From positions 2,527-66,526 of the IMG/VR virus record IMGVR_UViG_3300026557_000003: a stretch of DNA of 64,000 nt; one strand, written 5' to 3'. Shown one piece after another: positions 38,301-47,296 of the stretch. The notes beneath the pieces were generated by a model. The model searched no databases, had not been told where the DNA came from, and saw only the letters and a list, made by a program, of their open reading frames with translations. The position numbers were made by a program, and so were the translations under genes. Origin of the DNA: a virus. The first letter of the stretch is position 1. Every line of letters starts with the position of its first letter.

Positions 38301-41130
38301 GCTGGCAATCCGTCGCATAATGATGAAGCGCGATTACTCATTGTCACGGATGATCGAGCGCGCCGAAGCTGCAAATAAAGGAAAACCGATTTCGGCACAG
38401 GATAAAATTGACCTCGAAAAACTGCGCGACACAATAATTAAGCGCGAAGAACAATATAAAGAATATGACGAGCGCAAGTCTAAAGGTGAGGCTGGCAAGA
38501 CCATAACCGAGATTCGCAGGGAAGCATCGGCAGAACGAAAGGCCGGACGGACGGTAAAACGCTCAACTCTCGACGGTGAATTCGCGTCACAGAAAAACGC
38601 ACTCGCGAAACTATTCAAAATGGATAGCGGCGGGTCACGTAAAGGACTTGGCGGTCCTGAGGCTGGTGCCGTTGATCCTGAGTTGCTGACACTCCCGGTT
38701 GAAGCATTGAACATCTTGCGTCAGATGGCGCGCAACCGACTAGAGGCCGGATTGACAACCGTTGATGGTGTTGTCGATTCAATCCACGAGGCTGTTGTCG
38801 ATGTGATGGGCGGCGTTACCAAGCGACAAATCCGCGATTTAATCTCCGGCTATGGGAAGACCTCGAAACCGAACCCTGAAGCCCTGGCAGTGGCAATGCG
38901 CGAACTCACAGCCGGGATGCGCGACGTTTCAGCCGAAGAGGATATATTGAGCGGCAAAGCACCGGAGCGGTCAGGTTATCAGCGCGGACCAATGACACCA
39001 GAAGCCCGAGCGCGAAGACAGCGAATTAATCAGTTGATGCGCGAACACGGTATTGAAATTGAGCGTTCTGGCCGTAGCCCCGAAGAACAGCAGAAATCGG
39101 CATTGGATGGTGTAAAGACTAGGTTAAAAAACGCGATTGATGACTTACAGCGACAAATCGACGCTGGCGAGAAACCGTCGAAACGGACACCCGTACCGCG
39201 CGACGAAGAGGCAAAAGCGTTACAGGCAAAACGCGATGACCTGGCGCAAACTCTTCAGGATATAAATGGTCCTCGAAAGATGACAGACGCCCAACGCCTC
39301 GATATGGCAAAGGGCGCGGCCAAGAAAGCAATCGACGAATATCAGCGCCGTATCGATCAGAAAGACTTTGCAGCTAAACAATCCGGCAAGGTTTCCGACC
39401 CCGAACTGGACGCCCTGAAAGCCAAGCGGGATGCGCTGAAAACCGATTATCAAAAGCTCGCCGATGCTGACCCGGCCGTACAGGCGAAACGTGATTCCGC
39501 GAAACTTGACCAATTAAAAACCCGGATGCAGCAACGGCTCGATAGCCTGAAACAGCAAACAGCAACCGGAAACTTCTACCGCAACGCCCAGGGAAAACTG
39601 ACGACCTCAAAACCGCGTGTGCCTTTTGCCGGACTGGATCCCGAAGCGCAGGAAATCAAGGCGAACGTTGAAAAAGCGCAAGACGCAGCGGACGCGAAAA
39701 TTAAATCTATCGAACTGGCGAACCGTTCAATACCCGAAAAGATAATGGATTCGGCCGCGAAGATTCGCCGGTTTATTGTCCTGTCATCGGCAACGGCGGT
39801 TGAGAAACTAACGGCTGCCGGCGCAGCCCGACAGATCAGCGACCCGATAGAATCAGCAATCGGTGGCGCAATCAGTAAGACACCGGGATTACGTGACATA
39901 GCTGCAAAAGCACCACGAGAGGGCGCGTTCAAGCCATCGGTTGAAGCTCAAGCATCGGCTCTCTATATCAAAAAGATGCTCGACCTTTCGCGGTTCAAAG
40001 AGACGCTGAAAACTGGCAAAGGTAAACTCGACCTGATTCACGGCGGCAAAGAATATTTCGACAGCGACAGCAAAACCGACCGAATACTAGGTTTCTACAA
40101 TCGATTGCACGCGGCGTTAAAAGAGCCGGTAAAGGAAGCTGAATTCTTTAGATCGACGCAGTACAGGACCGATCAGGCGATTCGACAGGGACTTGATGTT
40201 ACCGATGCGAAAGTCCGGGACAGCATCGCGGCTCAGGCGTATCTGGACGCCAACCGCAAGGTGTTTATGAATCCGAACTTTGTCACCGATGCCTATACCG
40301 GGGCAATCAACAAACTCCAAAGCAGCGACCGCCTGGACGCGAAAGCAATGGCAACCGTGATGAAAGTCCTGTTCCCGGTTGTTCGCGTTCCGACTAATTA
40401 CCTGGCTGAAACTTCGAGTTATTCACCTATTGGATTCGCGAAGGCCGCAACGACCTTACTTCGCAAAGGCATCAAAGACCTATCGCCCGAAGATGCCGAT
40501 TATGTGATGCGAAACCTCAAAAAGGGATTGATCGGCACGGCAGCAATGGGCATTGGCGCTGGGCTCTCGCATAACTTCGGTGGTTTCTACACTCAGGGAA
40601 ACTACAGCACGCCGCAGGATATGAAGGCCGGGGAAATTAAAGTATTCGGTGTCAACGTCCCGCGATTGTTCCTGCATCATCCATTAATCGAAGCTATGCA
40701 GGCTGGCGCGACATTTGCCCACCTGCATAATGAAAGACAGGAAGGCAAGCTATCATCGTTGTTTGATACTTCAATCGCGTTGTCAGAGGAACAGCCTTTC
40801 ATCGGTGAGACAATAAGAAACGTTCACGCACTCGAAAAGGATAAGCGAGCGCCCGCAGCCGGGCAATTGGTAGGTGGACTGGTAACACCACCAGGCCTGC
40901 GCAGAATCGCCAACATTCTCGACCCGAAGACACCGACCAGCGTAATGATGAAGTTACTGCAAACCGGCGGACTGCAATCAGCCGACCCGATGTACCGACC
41001 ACCCAAGACGTTTGGCGAAGGGTTTGAGTCGGGCCTGCCGTCGTTCATTCCATACATCAATCGCAAGAATATCCCGGCGAAGGCAATCCCGCCAAGCAGG
41101 CCCCCGCGACCCGAGAAACCGGCGCGGTAA
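35344..41130 (+). CDS. Giant ejection protein with N-terminal lytic transglycosylase (SLT) domain
   Basis: DRES catalytic Glu, AIGTMQL, NIKGGLSYL, ALAAYNAGPG, ETQDYV; long helical repeats. Confidence 0.85.
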   Translation: MLTGTADISEIDDPQSATPPSAPKTQTATVDDIDTESVKDPRTLVRRYAPDYGLDPDFAEKVADRESIHFKPSVTSGKELSPANAIGTMQLLSDTAKTEGVNPYNLHDNIKGGLSYLKKQIDEFGDQRLALAAYNAGPGVVRDFRDGTNTSGKNPNRRVTGGIPPFKETQDYVDAISPVQRGTATVDQIDSQTPTSGTATVDQISTEAPTVNVGAPSRPVVNAPTDSFDIRRNLPKDKPVADSFDIRKNLPRDRQITSTVPTTAQTFDALNNPGPGQEVSNITGQPIKSVAQQAQSARDFTTNQILRHRQADIGAPVEKQRLQMLAALSPEDKLKTANQIASQRPLTTEEQAALGISPHYASTLFSAGAREIDYGLAGAARLAQAPFGGAKPGESPSLLEEFQSGATHAAEQMQRQINREGVRGLSGELTEDVGALAPDIAGTVALPESKIAQVLYWGAVGGLKTAGRGGSATDIATSAATNAALPSILHGTAELPIVQRVLGSGGLMSTITLAQGGDLNAIGKSFILGGLMGIPGGERPPDDILAKATNSPELQEAVIEHAKNPSAETFDNVAKTAEKAGLDAYEAQKFATNVDSLKSASSPTPEGAKPAPLENTTTPISPKPTEETNAENLRGSQKILPEEGQIGAGSEINRSGDNAEIRQPSGQGRTGEGRPGSTEEEIKPPGIGQIFDYRNQRYRVDSVDDEHIRATDLSGKEGMRVFTREDFDRVTNIPGKKIPTGEEQRQSEVKSNEQATERLSSAPNFDHEVKTVSDALNDDNHPFSQALDRIAGGDTSDGAINAARTAATGLDESSVNDAIDGATRLANKQPTENPEPRTSENPAAQEGVGKSSGPVGIKNRITDAEREAQGQPPVDTSDQKRSFDQVVEAGKAAVDDGRINPGQLAERIAAKPRPLTPEETASLLYHKTQLLNHEDSIMKELRENRNSDNPDIDKEIDARGRLQAAQEQLDTARVASRKSGYEQGLGLAIRRIMMKRDYSLSRMIERAEAANKGKPISAQDKIDLEKLRDTIIKREEQYKEYDERKSKGEAGKTITEIRREASAERKAGRTVKRSTLDGEFASQKNALAKLFKMDSGGSRKGLGGPEAGAVDPELLTLPVEALNILRQMARNRLEAGLTTVDGVVDSIHEAVVDVMGGVTKRQIRDLISGYGKTSKPNPEALAVAMRELTAGMRDVSAEEDILSGKAPERSGYQRGPMTPEARARRQRINQLMREHGIEIERSGRSPEEQQKSALDGVKTRLKNAIDDLQRQIDAGEKPSKRTPVPRDEEAKALQAKRDDLAQTLQDINGPRKMTDAQRLDMAKGAAKKAIDEYQRRIDQKDFAAKQSGKVSDPELDALKAKRDALKTDYQKLADADPAVQAKRDSAKLDQLKTRMQQRLDSLKQQTATGNFYRNAQGKLTTSKPRVPFAGLDPEAQEIKANVEKAQDAADAKIKSIELANRSIPEKIMDSAAKIRRFIVLSSATAVEKLTAAGAARQISDPIESAIGGAISKTPGLRDIAAKAPREGAFKPSVEAQASALYIKKMLDLSRFKETLKTGKGKLDLIHGGKEYFDSDSKTDRILGFYNRLHAALKEPVKEAEFFRSTQYRTDQAIRQGLDVTDAKVRDSIAAQAYLDANRKVFMNPNFVTDAYTGAINKLQSSDRLDAKAMATVMKVLFPVVRVPTNYLAETSSYSPIGFAKAATTLLRKGIKDLSPEDADYVMRNLKKGLIGTAAMGIGAGLSHNFGGFYTQGNYSTPQDMKAGEIKVFGVNVPRLFLHHPLIEAMQAGATFAHLHNERQEGKLSSLFDTSIALSEEQPFIGETIRNVHALEKDKRAPAAGQLVGGLVTPPGLRRIANILDPKTPTSVMMKLLQTGGLQSADPMYRPPKTFGEGFESGLPSFIPYINRKNIPAKAIPPSRPPRPEKPAR

Positions 41131-41189
41131 TTCATTGAACCGCTTTTGATTTCCCGCCGAATAATTTCACGATTATTTTAATTTGGTGC

Positions 41190-41220
41190 TTGACATACAA
41201 GTCCTATATAGCGTACAAGT
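41190..41220 (+). promoter_or_regulatory. Early-region promoter/operator candidate
   Basis: TTGACA at 41190; TACAAGT direct repeats at 41196 and 41214; -10 not convincing. Confidence 0.4.
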
Positions 41221-41226
41221 ACGCCT

Positions 41227-41430
41227 ATGGAAAAAGACATAAGAAAAACCATAAAGGTATCTGAGGGCGCGCACGTCGCTATAAAACTCGCGGCTGCGTA
41301 CTCACAGGAAACGATTAGCGATATGCTATTTCGGCTGTCAAAGGCTGAGATCGTGGTGCGGTCACGGGAGCGTGTGGCGAACGGCAAGCCAGCAAAGAAA
41401 GCGAAGGTGGCAAATGGACGCAAGGGTTAG
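41227..41430 (+). CDS. Ribbon-helix-helix (Arc-like) regulator
   Basis: KTIKVS strand followed by two helices. Confidence 0.65.
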   Translation: MEKDIRKTIKVSEGAHVAIKLAAAYSQETISDMLFRLSKAEIVVRSRERVANGKPAKKAKVANGRKG

Positions 41431-41836
41431 GCGAGCAGTCGCTGCGGCTGAGCCGGGCAAGATCAACGTCAAGCTGTGGGCGCTGGTGATCGCAACGATA
41501 GAGGCGAATGGAAAGAAGTACGATCAGGATAAGATTGGTGACGAAAAGCCGCTATGTAAATCGCCTGCGTGCCAGGCCGGGTGGTGTCAGTATCTCGTGG
41601 ATGGTTTTATTGCGGGGGATACGTTGGGTCGCGCACAGGATTTATTGCGACTTGAAGACCGTATTCCGTTTGGTATATTTTTTGGCGGACAGTACGATGC
41701 GGTGAAAAACTGTCTTGTTGACGTGACCGCCAAAACAATCCGGGCTGAAGTAAATCGCTATTTGGGAAACAGGGGATATAGCAGGCTAGGCAAGGTCAGA
41801 CCAGTCCAGTTAGCCGCAAGAAGAGGAAATAGATGA
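41414..41836 (+). CDS. Hypothetical protein
   Basis: Overlapping operon packing. Confidence 0.55.
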   Translation: MDARVRRAVAAAEPGKINVKLWALVIATIEANGKKYDQDKIGDEKPLCKSPACQAGWCQYLVDGFIAGDTLGRAQDLLRLEDRIPFGIFFGGQYDAVKNCLVDVTAKTIRAEVNRYLGNRGYSRLGKVRPVQLAARRGNR

Positions 41837-41928
41837 GCAAGCGCAAAGGCATCTCACCCGAGTGCATCAGGAAAATCATCGCGGCGTGAGTAAAGCGGGC
41901 GGCGAAGATTAGGAGCGGGAAATGTTAA
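41833..41928 (+). pseudogene. Small ORF interrupted by an in-frame TGA
   Basis: MSKRKGISPECIRKIIAA*VKRAAKIRSGKC; AGAGGA RBS; ATGA coupling. Confidence 0.3.
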
Positions 41929-42209
41929 AGCATTATGTCGAACTGGATTATCCGGGAACATTCTTTCCCGAAACCAAAGTGAAGGAAATCGCATCGCGCG
42001 AAGATTTCCAGCCGCCATTCGGTAAGGGGCTGTACGCCTTCGCATTCTTTGATCGTGAAGAGGTCGAGTTGAACGGCGAAAAGCTAACCAGCGCAGCAAA
42101 GAATCGCCTGCTGGATAATGCCCGTATCAATGGATGGGACATACTGGTTCTCTGCCCTGCTGGCAATTGGCAGCCCCTTCAAGAGGGCGAATCGTTAATT
42201 GAGACATAG
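41922..42209 (+). CDS. Hypothetical protein
   Basis: AGGAG RBS. Confidence 0.6.
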   Translation: MLKHYVELDYPGTFFPETKVKEIASREDFQPPFGKGLYAFAFFDREEVELNGEKLTSAAKNRLLDNARINGWDILVLCPAGNWQPLQEGESLIET

Positions 42210-42296
42210 AGATTCCCGGCACCCAACGCGCTTCTCGTCTTGGGAGAGCGGGATTCGCCGGACCAGGGTGTCGGGAAAGATTGGAGAGGTAGCACG

Positions 42297-42557
42297 ATGG
42301 GCGAATATACCGGTATCTACGAGTTGACCTCTTTGAACTTGACCGGCCTTGGCGGCCCGATGGGCACCGAACGCGTTACGGCAAACTGGCGGCGATTCTA
42401 TGGCAGCTTTGAAGACGCAAAGTCAGCGGCCCAAAAAGATTATGTGCGCGGCGAAATTCACTGGCACTATAAGGCCGGCGGCTGTTCCTCGGGTGATTTA
42501 GGATATGTTGCATACGCAATTAGCGAGATTTGCACGGAGAAATCAGATGAAAAATAG
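42297..42557 (+). CDS. Hypothetical protein
   Basis: GGAGAGG RBS before ATG 42297. Confidence 0.55.
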   Translation: MGEYTGIYELTSLNLTGLGGPMGTERVTANWRRFYGSFEDAKSAAQKDYVRGEIHWHYKAGGCSSGDLGYVAYAISEICTEKSDEK

Positions 42558-42846
42558 CAACGGCGAACTCCACATCAAGAAATCATCCTCAGCGTTCGAC
42601 ACCTTGCAGTTCGCGAAGGCCGGCGATCACGAGATAGTTTTCGTTGAACCAGAGGATGGTGATCAGGTTGTAATCGCGACCGCCGACTTGGGCGACTCCT
42701 GGCAACGGTTGATCGACGACTGCGAGCGGGACCTGCAACGGATCGATAGCACCTTGGGCTTGCGGGATCAGGTTGTCGTGCTGGATAAGCGAGTCGATAA
42801 CGCGATTGAGCGCGCGGATAAGCTGGCAAAGGAAATTACTTACTGA
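42547..42846 (+). CDS. Hypothetical coiled-coil protein
   Basis: GGAG RBS; overlap with the upstream gene. Confidence 0.55.
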   Translation: MKNSNGELHIKKSSSAFDTLQFAKAGDHEIVFVEPEDGDQVVIATADLGDSWQRLIDDCERDLQRIDSTLGLRDQVVVLDKRVDNAIERADKLAKEITY

Positions 42847-42939
42847 ATTTAGCGGCGGTCCAGCACCGGAGAAAGTCGCAAGGCGTCGAGTACCCCGTCG
42901 AACGTTGGAACAAGCCGCCGCTGATTATTGGAGGATAAA

Positions 42940-43119
42940 ATGGATTATGTGCTTGCTTCGGAATTCAGCCCAAACGAATTGGCTAAAAGTGTAGAGCGTT
43001 ATTTCGAGGCCGGATTTAAGCTATACGGCAATCCGTTTGCCGTGGTCCAGACGCACCCGCATCCTCTTCAAGGGGACATGATGGTGTTTTGTCAGGCTTT
43101 AACAAGAGAAAGAAAATAA
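42940..43119 (+). CDS. Small DUF1737-like hypothetical protein
   Basis: ELAKSVERYFEAGFKLYGNPF...FCQAL pattern; GGAGG RBS. Confidence 0.55.
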   Translation: MDYVLASEFSPNELAKSVERYFEAGFKLYGNPFAVVQTHPHPLQGDMMVFCQALTRERK

Positions 43120-43128
43120 GGAGCAGCA

Positions 43129-44496
43129 ATGAAAGAACAAAAGGAACTGCGGGTAACACGGCTGTCGATTAAAAATATCCTGGGGATCCAGAGTCTTGAA
43201 ATCAGGCCGGACAGAAGCATTACCGTGATAAACGGCGAGAATGCCAGCGGTAAGACCTCGCTGATTCAGGCAATTCAGTCGATTTTCAAAGGTGGCAACG
43301 ATGGCTCGCTCTTAAAAGTCGGTGCTGATAAAGGCGAGATCGTTCTTGAGCTAAACGATGGCGTAAAGATCGAACGAACGGTTACGGCCAATAAGTCTGC
43401 GACGATGATTACGCACCCGGAATTTGGGCAAATATCGAAGCCGGCCGCGTTTCTCGAATTGCTGATCGACAAACTTGGAACGAACCCTATCGACTTCCTG
43501 ACGGCCCCAGCGAAGATGCGCGTCCAGTTGTTGCTGGAAGCAATGCCGATTAAATTGGATAACGACCTGATTGAGCCGATCATCGGGCACAAGGTTGACC
43601 CGCTGGACACAAACGCCCTAGAACTGATCGACCGCGAAAGCAAGCGGTTCTATGACGACCGGACGGGTGTCAACCGGGTAGCCAAAGAGAAGCGGGCGAC
43701 GATCCTTCAGATGAAGCAGACGCTGCCAGAAGATGCAGAGGATACCGATTGGGCGCGTATCGTCGTGGCCACCGAAGGCAGTCTTGCCCTTGTAAGCCAG
43801 AGCGTTCAGATGAAAATCGACGCCATAATTACCGATATGGACGTCGAGAAAGATACAGCGCGTGGCACCCAAGCTGTTCTTTGTGGCGAGATTGATTCGA
43901 GACTTGAGGCCGAAATCGCCAGGCTACGGCTCGACGCAGAGGCCAAAAAGGATGAAATCAGAGCCGACACAGCAACGAGTCTGGATAGGATTCATCGGTC
44001 AACGCAGGAAAGCGTTGATAAACTGCGAATGGACGCCGCGCCAGAAGTCCAGAAACTGACCGGAAAGCTGGCTGTCGCCCGTGAGAACCTTACCAATCAG
44101 TCGAAGATCAACCAAACCAAAGAGTACATCAAGACTCTCGGTGAAGAAGCGACCAAGGCCGAAGCGCAGTCCGACAAAGACACCAAGACAATCGAGGCGC
44201 TGGCCAACCTGAAAACCAAGCTTTTGAACGACCTGCCGATTAAAGGCGTCGAGGTCAAAGACGGTGAACTGTTCGTCGATTCAATCCCGTTCGATAGAGT
44301 CAATGAAGCGCGGAAGGTAGAGATTGCGATTCAGATTGCGGGACTCAGAAGCGGCAAGTTACCGCTGATTATTGTAGACGGTCTGGAACGTCTCGACAGT
44401 AAGACATTCGAGGCATTCAAGAAGCACGCGGCGAAGTCCAAGGTCCAGATGATCGTAACGCGGGTGTCAGATTCGGCGCTCGCAGTGGAGGCGTAA
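43129..44496 (+). CDS. SMC/RecN-like AAA ATPase
   Basis: Walker A GENASGKTS, long coiled coil, Walker B IIVDGLERLD. Confidence 0.88.
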   Translation: MKEQKELRVTRLSIKNILGIQSLEIRPDRSITVINGENASGKTSLIQAIQSIFKGGNDGSLLKVGADKGEIVLELNDGVKIERTVTANKSATMITHPEFGQISKPAAFLELLIDKLGTNPIDFLTAPAKMRVQLLLEAMPIKLDNDLIEPIIGHKVDPLDTNALELIDRESKRFYDDRTGVNRVAKEKRATILQMKQTLPEDAEDTDWARIVVATEGSLALVSQSVQMKIDAIITDMDVEKDTARGTQAVLCGEIDSRLEAEIARLRLDAEAKKDEIRADTATSLDRIHRSTQESVDKLRMDAAPEVQKLTGKLAVARENLTNQSKINQTKEYIKTLGEEATKAEAQSDKDTKTIEALANLKTKLLNDLPIKGVEVKDGELFVDSIPFDRVNEARKVEIAIQIAGLRSGKLPLIIVDGLERLDSKTFEAFKKHAAKSKVQMIVTRVSDSALAVEA

Positions 44497-44699
44497 TGCA
44501 GGTACAAATAACAAGCTACAAATGCGATTTACAAAATTGTCCGAATGTAACCGATGGCAAGGGACTGGACGGTTATGTTCAGTTAACTCAGTTTGCGTTT
44601 TACTACCATAATCGCGGCAATGAAGTTCGGCAGGGCGGCGAAAAACACTTTTGCTGCAAAGACCACTTTATGCAATGGATAGACCGGCAGGTCGGATAA
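44496..44699 (+). CDS. Small zinc-binding protein
   Basis: CDLQNC...FCCKDH. Confidence 0.55.
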   Translation: MQVQITSYKCDLQNCPNVTDGKGLDGYVQLTQFAFYYHNRGNEVRQGGEKHFCCKDHFMQWIDRQVG

Positions 44700-44710
44700 A
44701 AGGAGCAATC

Positions 44711-45025
44711 GTGGTTCACACAATCCAAAGACCTAGCGGCGGGTGCGAGTTTGATGACCAATCAAAGCCTACGGCAGTCGCTGAGTATTATGATGATATA
44801 AGCCTTGGTAACGATTCAGGCTTTATTATCGACTGTTCGGGCGATCACAAGGGACCGCCGATTCGTGTTATCGTAGTTAATCCCCGGCTGGAATGGGACG
44901 GTGATCGCCACAATATTGATTACGACAAGATCACATACGAGGATGGCGAAAAGATAGATGACATCGTTGACGACACCTATCACGACGCCATCATGCAGGA
45001 AGTCAAAAACTGTATAACTACATAA
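44711..45025 (+). CDS. Acidic hypothetical protein
   Basis: AAGGAG RBS with GTG 44711. Confidence 0.55.
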   Translation: MVHTIQRPSGGCEFDDQSKPTAVAEYYDDISLGNDSGFIIDCSGDHKGPPIRVIVVNPRLEWDGDRHNIDYDKITYEDGEKIDDIVDDTYHDAIMQEVKNCITT

Positions 45026-45036
45026 GGAGCAATCAA

Positions 45037-45903
45037 ATGTCGAATCCCATTCCCGACGAACAGGGAATCATTGAAAAGCCGGGGTTAAAACCTCAGTTAC
45101 ATATCTCAGCATTGAACATGTTGAATTTTTGTGGAGAGCAGTTCAGGCGTCGGTATATCCTGAAAGAGAAGCGACCGCCCGGTGTTGCGATGATCGTGGG
45201 CACGGCCGCCGATAGATCAGTCACCCGCAATCTTCAGAGCAAGCTGGATACGAATCAGTTATTGCCACTCGCTCAAGTGAAGCAAATCGCGGCTGATACT
45301 CTCAATGCTGAGTGGCAGAACTCTGTCGCGCTTGACGCTGACGAACTAGTCCAGGGAATCGAAAGAGTCAAAGGCGAAGCAATTGATAAAGCTGTCAGGC
45401 TTTCATCTCTTCACGCAACGGAATTAGCCCCAAAGCTACAGCCAACGCACGTACAACGACAATGGACACTGGATATAGTCGGCTACGATATGAGTCTTGC
45501 CGGCACGATCGATGTTCAGGAAGGCTCGGATTCAGTCAGGGACACAAAGACCAAAGGCAAAAGCCCCAGTGAAGATATCGTGCACCACGATCATCAGTTG
45601 ACCGCCTATGCGATGGCGGCAAAAGTTATTGACGGTAAAGTGCCGGAACAGGTGACGCTTGATTGCATGGTCGATAACAAGACGCCAATCTTAAAGGTCT
45701 ACAAATCAACCCGTAACGAGAAAGACTTCCAGGCGTTTTTGGCCCGCGTCGAGAATGCCATCGTTGCACTTCAGAAGGGTGTATTCGTTCCGGCAAAGCA
45801 AACAGACTTTCTTTGCAGTCCTAAATATTGCGGGTTTTTTAGTTCATGTAAATTCGTTATGCAGCCGAAATCCGTTTCAGTCCCAAGCAATTTTAACGTC
45901 TGA
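45037..45903 (+). CDS. PD-(D/E)XK (RecB/Cas4-like) exonuclease
   Basis: LAGTIDV...VRDTKT, QLTAY, Cys at both ends (FC...CSPKYCGFFSSC). Confidence 0.85.
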   Translation: MSNPIPDEQGIIEKPGLKPQLHISALNMLNFCGEQFRRRYILKEKRPPGVAMIVGTAADRSVTRNLQSKLDTNQLLPLAQVKQIAADTLNAEWQNSVALDADELVQGIERVKGEAIDKAVRLSSLHATELAPKLQPTHVQRQWTLDIVGYDMSLAGTIDVQEGSDSVRDTKTKGKSPSEDIVHHDHQLTAYAMAAKVIDGKVPEQVTLDCMVDNKTPILKVYKSTRNEKDFQAFLARVENAIVALQKGVFVPAKQTDFLCSPKYCGFFSSCKFVMQPKSVSVPSNFNV

Positions 45904-45919
45904 TTTTAAGGAGCAACCA

Positions 45920-47059
45920 GTGAGTAAACAAATAGCAACCGAAGATACCGCCCTCGTAACTCGCAATGAATTTTCCAGTGAGCTTGCGCCAACCAGTTCG
46001 GCTGCAGAAAAGCAATTCGAGATTCAATCGGCAATCATTATTGCGAATCGTTTTCCGCGCAATGAAGATGTTGCGCTAATAAAGTTGATGAAATCCTGCG
46101 ATAGACTGTCTTTCGCGGAAGACGCAGAGTATGAATTCCCGCGTGCTGGAACCCAGATAATCGGCCCGAGTGTCCACTTAGCAAGAGAAAGCGCGCGGTG
46201 CTGGGGTAATATTCGATACGGTGTTGACATCATCCGTGACGATGAAAACAGCCGTCAGATTCGCGGATGGGCGTGGGATCTGGAAACAAATATCAAGGTC
46301 ACGTCCGAAGATGATTTTGCAAAGTCAATCTACCGTAAAAATGGTGGCTGGCAGAAACCGGATGAACGCGACCTGCGGGAGTTGACCAACCGAAAGGGTG
46401 CGATACTCGAACGCAACTGCATTCTCAAGATCATCCCAAAAGACTTTATCGAGGATGCCCGAACGCGATGCAATGAGACGATTAAGAAAGGAATCAAAAA
46501 CGATCCTGAGACCGCACGTAAACGACTGATCGTATCTTTCAGCGCGATTGGTGTAACACCGGAAATGCTGGAAAACTATCTTCAACATCCGATAGCGAAT
46601 TCAAGCCCGGCTGAAATCGAGAAGTTGCGTAAGGTCTATTCGTCGATTAAGGATGGCAACTCGACGTGGCAAGAATATACGAGTCCAGCGAAGAAAGAAC
46701 CTGAAAAAGGTTCAATCAACATCACGGACCTGAAACCCGGCACGGAAGAGAATCGCGGCCACGGCAACGACAATCTCGACCAGGCGGCAAAGGAAAAGAT
46801 CATCAATAACATTCCTGATACTGGCATTGCTGAGATTGCCCGAGGGAAATCAGAGCCAGCGGCCGCCTGCTCCGACGAACTATACGCCTCAATGATCGAT
46901 ACCATCGCGGCGGCAAAGGAAGTTCTGAGCGAGAAGAAAATCACGGATACGATTAGAAACTACACTGGTCCTAATCGAAAGAAAGAGGACCTCAAGAATG
47001 ATGAGGTTCAGTTGCTCATCAAGTCGCTAAATGACGCGGTGGCGAAGGCGCAGAAGTAA
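45920..47059 (+). CDS. Putative recombination/single-strand annealing protein
   Basis: FPRNED...YEFPRAG..IIGPSVHLARESARCWGN; position after the exonuclease; function inferred from synteny. Confidence 0.55.
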   Translation: MSKQIATEDTALVTRNEFSSELAPTSSAAEKQFEIQSAIIIANRFPRNEDVALIKLMKSCDRLSFAEDAEYEFPRAGTQIIGPSVHLARESARCWGNIRYGVDIIRDDENSRQIRGWAWDLETNIKVTSEDDFAKSIYRKNGGWQKPDERDLRELTNRKGAILERNCILKIIPKDFIEDARTRCNETIKKGIKNDPETARKRLIVSFSAIGVTPEMLENYLQHPIANSSPAEIEKLRKVYSSIKDGNSTWQEYTSPAKKEPEKGSINITDLKPGTEENRGHGNDNLDQAAKEKIINNIPDTGIAEIARGKSEPAAACSDELYASMIDTIAAAKEVLSEKKITDTIRNYTGPNRKKEDLKNDEVQLLIKSLNDAVAKAQK

Positions 47060-47072
47060 CGAGATTCGTAAG

Positions 47073-47296
47073 GGCGCAGCAGTAGTCCCTGTCGCTGTGG
47101 TACGTCGCCTTTGGGCGTAGAGCAAGGCCAAAGTAGGAGTCGGGCAACCGATATACCGAGAAGGTCTCAGGGATGAACACGAGTGTGAAGCGCTGCAAGG
47201 CAAACGCCGCTGATGCCCACCATAAATGAAATGGCGTGACTTTGCCGGTGGGAGAGAAACCGGCCTAATGTTGAGGGTCAACGGAAAGGCGCAGCA
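47073..47296 (+). ncRNA. Candidate structured RNA
   Basis: 237-nt non-coding gap with nested stems, GCAA tetraloop and alternative pairing; GGCGCAGCA at both ends. Confidence 0.4.

Noticed and set aside
47200-47240. Hammerhead ribozyme (CTGATG...GAAA)
   Set aside because: The core reads CTGATGC rather than CTGANGA, and no stem II forms before GAAA.
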